Shown in pieces: positions 1 to 6,142 of a DNA stretch of 6,999 nt (positions within the stretch are counted from its first letter, which is position 1; each line of letters begins with the position of its first letter). Position numbers and translations under genes: made by a program. Where the stretch lies: contig NW_021828999.1 in assembly GCF_006345805.1 (NCBI RefSeq), forward strand, positions 1-6,999. The letters are read 5' to 3'. Under the pieces are notes generated by a model. The model worked only from the letters and a program-made list of their open reading frames with translations. It ran no database searches and was not told the origin of the DNA. Origin of the DNA: Octopus sinensis (Eukaryota).

Positions 1-69
1 AACGTTTTCTGCCAGTTTAGTGTCTTACATTTCTGCCAATAATTATGTTATTTTTCTCAGACATGTAGC

Positions 70-154
70 AACACATGCTCACAAACGTGCACACATACAC
101 ACAACACACACACACACACATGCACACACACCACACACATACACACACATGCAC
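70..154. repeat. Imperfect (CA)n microsatellite
   Basis: Interrupted runs of CA dinucleotides read directly from the sequence. Confidence 0.9.
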
Positions 155-1206
155 AAGTTACTTGCAGATCAACATAGTTCACCATGATTGTGACTGAATG
201 AAATTTCAGAATGAATTAATTCGCTATTTCTGTATAAACGCATGAAAATAATTTGTGCCTTGGCACAAAATTGAAAAAGAAGTGGAGAGTTGAGATTTTA
301 GATAAAAGAAGAAAATCCTCAAGAATCTTCACACATGCAAATTGTATCTCAACTCCAATTAAAATGATGACCAACACTTTTTATTTTCAATCCATGATAA
401 ACGGATTTAAAAAACCTGATCTCAGATAAATAAATAAACATAAATCCCTCGTGAATTTAGGATTTTTACTAAAGTTTAAATGAATTTTTTTTTTCAGAAA
501 CCATCAAATAAATAAAACCCCTTAAAATTCAAGATTTTAACTGGTGATTACATCATTTATCTTTCGTAAATCCTATGCAGAGTTGTAAAATGAAAATTAT
601 GCAAGGAAAAAATATTTTCCAGATATCTCACTGTTATTTTTTAGCATATCAAGTTTTGACAATTTTTTATCTGGTTCGGAAGAAATCTATTCCTGCACAA
701 ACTAACATATCCAATGTGTAATACATCAGGAAAAGATGGAAGTAGCAACATAGGATGTTTTTTAAGAAAATTTGAAATTTAAAAATAAAAATTTTTTTCT
801 AGATTTGTAATCTCTGTATTTTTTCCATGTGGATTAAAAAAAAATCTAAAAAAAATGTGAAAAATTAAAAAATTGGAGCGGGGAGAGGTAAAATTAAGAA
901 TTTTGAAAATGTGGTTTTTTTTTTTGGCAAAAAAAAAGATAATTTTCTGATATCAAAAACAGGAATCCAAAAGATTCTGAAAAAAATGGGTGTCAGGTGC
1001 AGACACCCGACCTCCATCCAGAGTACCCAGAGTCATGTAGTGGGATAGTATGAAGGTTGACAGAGACAGTAGTGTTTATAGAGGGGCGGGGTGGGGTATA
1101 CAGAAGCCATAGGCCAAAGATATATGGGAAACTGATTTCCTCAATGTCCTGGTGGCTCTCTGAGAGTAGTAGCTAATTTTTTGCTACGATAGTTCCATAC
1201 TTGTGT

Positions 1207-1541
1207 GGAGGCGCATGGGCTCAGTGGTTAGAGGCGTTGAGCTTACGATCGTGAGGTTGTGAGCTCGAATCCCGGACCGGGCTGCGTGTTGTGTTCTTGA
1301 GCAAGACACTTATTTTTTTCCGTTGCTCCAGTTCACTCACTGTAGAAATCTTTGCGACGTCACGGTGCCAAGCTTGTATCGGCCTTTGCCTTTCCCTTGG
1401 ATAAATCGGTGACATGGAGAGGGGAGGCCGGTATGCATGGGCGACTGCTGTATTCCATAAACAACCTCGCCCGGACTTGTGTCTAGGAAGGTAACTTTCT
1501 AGGTGCAATCCCATGGTCTGTGTCGTGACCGAAGGGTGTCT
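1207..1541 (+). mobile_element. tRNA-derived SINE with CORE-like central segment
   Basis: Pol III A box TGGGCTCAGTGGTTAGAG (1216-1233) and B-box-like AGCTCGAATCCC (1262-1273). These are followed by GTGTTGTGTTCTTGAGCAAGACACTT...TTGCTCCAGTTCACTCA, which resembles the CORE-SINE domain (TGTGACCTTGGGCAAGTCACTT). GC-rich body against an AT-rich background. Boundaries approximate; no clear TSD. Confidence 0.85.
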
Positions 1542-1581
1542 CCGATTGCCATAACTAACACTGGGTACCCTTGATGAGGTC

Positions 1582-1755
1582 TGGTGATCTAATTAGCAGT
1601 GGAGGAGTTTGTAACAGACAGTGTAATTGCTAGATAAGAATATAAGAATAGGATGAAGGAAGTTTCAGAGAGCTTTCACCCTTAGTTGGCAACCACAGTT
1701 TCTCACTCTGAGTGAAGAAGGGAAGATTGTATGATGCATATGTACGAACGTACTG
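1582..1755 (+). mobile_element. RTE-clade LINE, reverse-transcriptase C-terminal fragment, segment 1 (decayed)
   Basis: Manual translation across frameshifts gives GDLISSGGVC...IRIG*RKFRELSPL...FSL*VKKGRLYDAYVRT. This matches the RTE RT end pattern LGD.ISSGG....RIR.GW.KFREL.PLL...G.SLRVKGRLY.ACVR. Stops at 1654 and 1709; 8-bp tandem duplication ATAAGAAT at 1634-1649. Confidence 0.8.
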
Positions 1756-2256
1756 TCTGCCTGCAAGGGTAGTTTAACTCTTGCTGAAATACAAGCTTTC
1801 AACAATGTTAAACAGCAAACTCTCTCGTGTCTCCATGTTAGCTCACTCCATTCCTGATGCCGAAATTTCTCTTGTAGTTGATGCATCTGAAATTGGCATT
1901 GGTGCAGTCATTCAACAAGTTCACCATGGTGAATGGCAACCTCTGGCGTTTTTCTCTAAGCAGTTAAAACCAGCTGAAACTAAATATAGTCCCATCAGTC
2001 ATGAACTGTTAGCTATTTACCCTCTCACAAATATTTACGGATCATAAGCTGTTATCTTTCGCTTTACACTGCAAGCCAGATAAATTTTCTCTCCGAGAGA
2101 CATTCGACATTTGGATTACATTTCACAATTCACAAGTGATATACGATATATTCCAGGTTTCTGAAACATTGTTGCAGATTCTTTATCCCGTTTATCTGTA
2201 AATGCATTATTTTCAACTGCAGAAGTTAAGTTGGACGAAATGTCGGAAGATCAACC
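1756..2256 (+). pseudogene. pol: Ty3/Gypsy LTR-retrotransposon pol fragment (RT connection + RNase H), frameshifted
   Basis: Reconstructed AEIQAFNNVK/SKLSRVSMLAHSIPDAEISLVVDASEIGIGAVIQQVHHGEWQPLAFFSKQLKPAETKYSPISHELLAIY/FTDHKLL...FS/PRDIRHLDYISQFTSDIRYIPGF*NIVADSLSRL. The Ty3/Gypsy RNase H motifs VDAS, ELLAI, TDH and VADxLSR are all present. Frameshifts near 1810, 2030 and 2091; stop at 2162-2164. Supplied ORF 1781-2047 covers only part of it. Confidence 0.93.
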
Positions 2257-2318
2257 ATCCATTAATTTGAATAATAACACACACAGTCATATCTATACTT
2301 GATACTGACATGTATTCT

Positions 2319-2494
2319 CTCTACAGTAGTAAGATGTGGGCCCTGAATGTGGAGAACATGCAAAGGCTGGAGAGGAAAGAAGCTGGTATGGTCCACTGGA
2401 TGTGCAATGTCAGTATGCATGTGTGACAGAGCATTGGTGTATTGAGACAGAAGCTGGGAATAAGAGGAATATCATGCAGTGTGCAAGAGGGAAG
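2319..2494 (+). mobile_element. RTE-clade LINE fragment, segment 2
   Basis: Frame 3 reads LYSSKMWALNVENMQRLERKEAGMVHWMCNVSMHV*QSIGVLRQKLGIRGISCSVQEG, matching the RTE pattern L.GSETW......RLE..E..MLRWMC.V...R.....LR.KLGI..I...VQE. It continues directly from the LYDAYVRTVL motif that breaks off at 1755. Confidence 0.88.
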
Positions 2495-2728
2495 GCGGCG
2501 AGCTGGCAGAAATGTTAGTGCACCGGGCAAAATGCTTAGCAGTATTTTGTCTGCTGTTACAGTCTGAGTTCAAATTCCACCAAGGTCGACTTTGCCTTTT
2601 CATCTTTTGGGATCGATAAATTAAGCAACCAGTTGCGCAATGGGGTCGATGTATTGGCTTGTTGGTTTTTAATCCCCTTTGTCCTGTTGTCCCCTCGTGT
2701 TTAACCCCTTGTTGGGCAATAAAGAAAT
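2495..2728 (+). mobile_element. tRNA-derived SINE inserted in the RTE LINE, flanked by a 10-bp TSD
   Basis: Starts (G)GCGGCGAGCTGGCAGAAATGTTAG (A-box-like); B box GAGTTCAAATTCC at 2566-2578. Central GGTCGACTTTGCCTTTTCATC...GATCGATAAATTAAG resembles conserved central domains of metazoan SINE superfamilies (superfamily not assigned). A-rich end AATAAAGAAAT. Identical AAGAGGGAAG at 2485-2494 and 2729-2738. Confidence 0.92.
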
Positions 2729-2738
2729 AAGAGGGAAG

Positions 2739-3217
2739 AATTGTGCTGGTAGGGTTTTATGTTATGCTTTGGACCAAGGACAGTTACATTAAGGGGTGCT
2801 GATCCCTTAAAATAGGGCAAAGGTTGTGGAAGAGAGAGTTCTGCAAAACACAGGAAGAAATGTTGAAAGCCGATTTCAAAATGCTGAGCCTTACAAAGGA
2901 GAAGACTGAGGACCGAGATATGAGGCGCATTACTCTATGCAAGGGGACCCACCGCCACAAACAAAATTGAGATCCTAAAAGCAAGGTGCCACATAAAAGC
3001 CATTGGTGATGGTGCCATGTAAAACGCACCAAGTACACTCTGTAAAGTGCTTGGCATTAGGAAGGGTATCCAGCTGTAGAAACCATGCCAGAACAGACTG
3101 TGGACCCTGGTGTGGCCTCTGACCTTGCCAATTCTTGTTAAGCTGTCCAACCCATACCAGCATGAAAACGGATTTTAAATGTTGATGATGATGATGATGA
3201 TGATGATGACGATGATG
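2739..3217 (+). mobile_element. RTE-clade LINE segment 3: ORF end, putative 3' UTR and (GAT)n tail
   Basis: After the SINE the sequence reads KDSYIKGC*SLK...KADFKMLSLTKEKTEDRDMRRI to TGA at 2968-2970, matching the RTE ORF terminus pattern (K.DL..L.LT.E.T.DR..WR). Then GGTGCCAY..AAAA-GCACC repeats, the TTGGCATTAGGAAGGGTATCCAGCTGTAGAAA motif and a simple-repeat tail typical of RTE 3' ends. 2971-3217 could instead be a separate truncated SINE sharing the RTE tail. Confidence 0.8.
3184..3216 (+). repeat. (GAT)n trinucleotide tail
   Basis: 8 x GAT, then GAC, then 2 x GAT. Confidence 0.95.
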
Positions 3218-3360
3218 GTACACATATATGCACAGCACCGTCAGTTGACACATTCATTACTTAAACATTTATGTAGTAAGAAGGGATCTGTGACTACACA
3301 TGGCCCCTCAGCAAAACACTGATGGAAGAGAGGAACTGGGAAAGCATTGACGGAGTCACA

Positions 3361-3762
3361 TCTTTATATATAAAAGTGAGCTTGTGTGCTGTCTGTCTCC
3401 TACGATTTAGATTCCTAACTACTCCCACATTTTGCGGTGCAGTTTAACCAAAACCGGGTATCTTATAGTCGTGATTCATATCGAACCCTTCTGGGTATTA
3501 GCGCGCGTCTACGATGAGTCTACGATTTTAAAAAAAATTTAACCATCATTTTTTTCCATTTTAATGCATTTTTTTCGCTATTATATAAGGGAAGTAACTC
3601 TCTAAAATGTCTACGATGAGTCAACGATTTAAAAAAAATTTACTATCATTTTTTTTCCATTTTTAATGCATTTCTTTTGCTATTTTTTGGCTATAACTCT
3701 CTAAAAATTCTTATATAGTTATTTGCCTTACAAACCCGAGCAACGCCAGGCGATACTGCTAG
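3361..3762 (+). mobile_element. Complete non-autonomous Helitron (402 bp)
   Basis: 5' end A|TCTTTATATATAAAAG and 3' end CTGCTAG|T, so it sits between host A and T with no TSD. GC-rich subterminal hairpin CCCGAGCAACGCCAGG (3735-3750) lies 12 nt before the end. All canonical Helitron hallmarks are present. Confidence 0.88.
3507..3708. repeat. Two-copy ~102-bp tandem duplication inside the Helitron
   Basis: GTCTACGATGAGTC(T/A)ACGATTT...TAACTCTCTAAAA(A)T starts at 3507 and again at 3609. Confidence 0.92.
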
Positions 3763-4207
3763 TTTTGCAATAAAGCAAGAGCTTAGCTGTAGTTTCAGAG
3801 AGCATGCTTCTGGCCAAAATCAACAACGTTAAGGAAGTTTACGGCACTGTATATACAAATGGATGCTTATCTTTAGAAACTACATGAATCTGTCATAGTA
3901 CTTTATACTATCACATAAACTGAATAAGAGGACTTGTAATATTAATAATATTAATACTATCAGGACTATCACACATCCACACACACATATATATATAAGA
4001 AAAAGGAGAGAAATGGAGAAATTGGATTTGTTTCAATAAATTGATATCTGCATATCAATTTCTCTATTTTCTTTTTTCTTATACGTAAATGGTAATATAG
4101 AATATCCATCAATGTGAAGCTAACATCTTTTAGTATTTCACCGATATGCTGGATAAAACCAGGCAACCAGGATGCTGACATCTCTTTAAGAGTTATTTAT
4201 AGCTTCA

Positions 4208-4208
<1 letters not shown>

Positions 4209-4254
<46 letters not shown>

Positions 4255-4306
4255 TAATAATAATAATATAATATATATGTATATATATATATATAATATA
4301 TATATA
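4209..4306. repeat. (AAT)n grading into (AT)n microsatellite
   Basis: 15 perfect AAT units at 4209-4253, further AAT units to about 4267, then interrupted AT repeats. Confidence 0.95.
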
Positions 4307-4406
4307 GTTAATCCAAACATGAAAACACAAATAGAAAAGACAACAATGCAAGGACGTGGAACAAGTATAGTGTTATTGGACGCTCAGGAAAGAAGGAAAG
4401 AAGGAG

Positions 4407-4443
4407 TGCTTAACGTTTCGAGTGGAGCTCTTCGTCAGAAACA
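4407..4443 (-). ncRNA. Minimal type I hammerhead ribozyme motif, canonical core
   Basis: Minus strand reads UGUUU-CUGACGA-A-GAG-CUCCA-CUC-GAA-AC-GU-U-AAGCA. Stem I is UGUUU/AAGCA (one G-U); core CUGANGA; stem II GAG/CUC; GAAA; palindromic loopless stem III ACGU. Predicted cleavage after GUU (+ position 4412). Confidence 0.7.
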
Positions 4444-4703
4444 TAGAAAAAGGAAAGATCCAAGGAAGGGAAGACGGAGGAAAAAAAATCGCGAACGATA
4501 CACACGCGGTCACATATTGAATATACATATATGTATATGTATGTATACTATATAGCATCAGTGGTGCTTTTCCCTGGCACAAACCCAAACAGCATATATA
4601 TATATAGTTAACCCAAACAAGAAAGCACAAAAAACACAACAACGCGAGGACGTGGAACAAATATACGATTGTTGGACGGTCAGGAAAGAAGGAAAGAAGG
4701 AGA

Positions 4704-4738
4704 GTTTAACGTTTCGAGCGGAGCTCTTCGTCGGAAAC
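4704..4738 (-). ncRNA. Minimal type I hammerhead ribozyme motif, U4C core variant
   Basis: Minus strand reads GUUU-CCGACGA-A-GAG-CUCCG-CUC-GAA-AC-GU-U-AAAC. Same fold as the 4407-4443 copy, with a 4-bp Watson-Crick stem I but CCGA instead of CUGA. Confidence 0.55.
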
Positions 4739-4961
4739 ATAGGAGAGGGAAAGATCCAGAAAAGGGAAGACAGAGGAAAAAAATTGCCAATGGTACACAT
4801 GCAGTCACATTTTGAATATATATATATATAAGTTCAGCAAAATTTAGATTCAGATGAATATGGTACTTAAGTTAAAGGCACCAGAATTTGGTATGGTATT
4901 ATCCATATAAAGCAAAGGGGGTGATTATAATCAAAATAAGCAACAAGGATATCCAAGATAG

Positions 4962-5049
4962 TGTAGTACAATTGTTTCATGCCACTTCATTTTATTAAAC
5001 ACTGTAAGTATTACATTAGTTTTAAAATGTCAAGCAATCTTCAGCCACA
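4962..5049 (-). ncRNA. Hammerhead-like motif, mirror copy in left arm of foldback
   Basis: Minus strand reads UGUGG-CUGAAGA-U-UGCU-(loop)-GGCA-U-GAA-ACAAUUGU-A-CUACA. Stem III is the perfect palindrome ACAAUUGU. Confidence 0.5.
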
Positions 5050-5173
5050 TATAGAATTGTTTAATTAAATGGACAATGTACATTTTTATACTTATACTTT
5101 TTATACTTTTATACTTATTATACTTAACTAAGTATAAACATATACATTGTCCATTTAATTAAAAAATTCTATA

Positions 5174-5261
5174 TGTGGCTGAAGATTGCTCAATATTTTA
5201 AAATTGATGTAATACTTACAGTGTTTAATAAAATGAAGTAGCATGAAACGATTGTACTACA
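5174..5261 (+). ncRNA. Hammerhead-like motif (type I) with long loop II, right arm of foldback
   Basis: UGUGG-CUGAAGA-U-UGCU-(49-nt loop)-AGCA-U-GAA-AC-GAUU-GU-A-CUACA. Stem I UGUGG/CUACA; core CUGANGA and GAAA; stem III AC/GU; GUA cleavage triplet (after 5256). The stem II base is atypical, with an extra U on both sides. Confidence 0.5.
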
Positions 5262-5292
5262 CTACCTTGATATCCTTGTTGCTTATTTTTAT

Positions 5293-5324
<32 letters not shown>

Positions 5325-5434
5325 AATTCCTCTATTTACATATTATGAAGGTTTCATACTTTTGTTATCATTACATTATTATTATTAATAATATATATAT
5401 GTGTGTGTGTTTTGTGTATGTGTGTGTGATATAT

Positions 5435-5498
<64 letters not shown>
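5293..5498. repeat. (TA)n and (TG)n microsatellite cluster
   Basis: (TA)n at 5293-5318, (TG)n-rich 5399-5428 and a perfect (TA)n at 5438-5498. Confidence 0.93.
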
Positions 5499-5500
<2 letters not shown>

Positions 5501-6050
5501 CTCCCCCTCCCGTCGTTGACCCGCAACGAGAGCTCTGCTACTGTCTTTCTGACCTGCTTCCTTCAAGTGCAGACAGCATTTTCTGTTGCTCCTTCGCCGT
5601 TCTCAAAAATAGCGTTCATAATACTTTATCTCATTTGGCTTTTGAGCCCTTCTTGTCTTGTTATTCTCCTTGTCCTGTCTTTTACTGCTTATATTTTGTA
5701 CTGTCGTTACTGTCCTGTTTTTGTTACCATTTTTACCCCTCTGCAAAAAGATCTCAAATTTTATTTAATTTGCTTTTCGCGGGAAGGAAAGTTTCTATCG
5801 AAGATGCGTATCACCTTCACCTTTGAAACGCAGAGTAGATGAAACCATGGCAACTGAAGAAGGGGAATTTTCCTTGTTTTGTATGTCCTGTACTCTACTG
5901 TTTCGTTGTTTAAAAAAAATGTCTATTTCCTTGGTTTTGTGTTTATGTTTTCGTTTCTCATTGTGTTCGACGTTTTTTTGGTGTCCTGTACCCATATATG
6001 CATGGTATATATACATGTAGAGGTAGGTACGTACATATATGTGTGTATAT
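5499..6050. mobile_element. Probable dispersed repeat of unassigned class
   Basis: Complex, strongly pyrimidine-skewed block bounded on both sides by (TA)n tracts. It ends in CCCATATATGCATGG...GTAGGTACGTAC, which from memory resembles abundant octopod interspersed repeats. No coding homology recognised. Confidence 0.4.
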
Positions 6051-6074
6051 ATGCATATGTTTTATTTATATTTT

Positions 6075-6076
<2 letters not shown>

Positions 6077-6123
<47 letters not shown>

Positions 6124-6142
6124 ATACATACATGCATACATA
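6077..6142. repeat. (TA)n plus (TATG)n microsatellite
   Basis: Perfect TA run at 6077-6110 followed by TATG/CATA units. Confidence 0.93.

Larger units (their letters stand above)
4307..4820 (-). mobile_element. Tandem dimer of a ~220-bp element (period ~296-300 bp) carrying hammerhead motifs; retrozyme / Penelope pseudo-LTR-like
   Basis: Unit 1 at 4307-4525 and unit 2 at 4607-4820 align at roughly 85% by eye (about 30 substitutions and 2 indels). Each is preceded and followed by (TA)n-rich sequence. The repeat is directly visible; the family call is inferred from the hammerhead motif. Confidence 0.75.
4926..5296. repeat. Long inverted repeat / foldback element (arms 4926-5093 and 5130-5296)
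   Basis: Arms of ~168 bp are reverse complements at over 90% identity by eye, e.g. CTTCAGCCACATATAGAATT vs AATTCTATATGTGGCTGAAG and AAATAAGCAACAAGGATATC vs GATATCCTTGTTGCTTATTT. The 36-bp spacer is made of TTATACTT-like repeats. Confidence 0.95.

Noticed and set aside
1083-1096. G-quadruplex / GC box GGGGCGGGGTGGGG
   Set aside because: Only three long G-runs and no associated transcription unit.
1207-1280. tRNA gene (also 2495-2580)
   Set aside because: A/B boxes are present but there is no complete cloverleaf or terminator, and both continue into SINE bodies.
1190-1560. TSD around the first SINE (CCATAC vs CCATAAC)
   Set aside because: Too short, imperfect and offset from the element ends.
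1781-2047. 88-aa RNase H-like ORF as a functional or domesticated gene
   Set aside because: It is a slice of a frameshifted Gypsy pol with an internal deletion and a downstream stop; no independent start context.
2975-3253. ORF with poly-histidine tract
   Set aside because: The His run is the antisense reading of the (GAT)n LINE tail.
4277-4555. Basic, NLS-like 92-aa ORF, plus related ORFs 4373-4660 and 4558-4800
   Set aside because: Arises from the purine-rich strand of the tandem repeat. The second unit has frame-breaking indels (4 bp and 1 bp), so coding is not conserved.
4307-4820. CRISPR-like or prokaryotic repeat system
   Set aside because: Units are ~220 bp with only two copies, no short-repeat/unique-spacer pattern, no cas genes, and the context is eukaryotic.
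5243-5842. 199-aa ORF and the other Y/I-rich ORFs (5354-5566, 5879-6145, 5998-6228, 6039-6383, 6062-6244, 6414-6920, 6669-6869)
   Set aside because: Open only because (TA)n/(TG)n repeats lack stop codons; translations are YIYI/CVCV runs with no recognisable domain.
5841-5875. GAAAC...CTGAAGA as a type II hammerhead
   Set aside because: No UH cleavage site, no stem I and no closing stem II.
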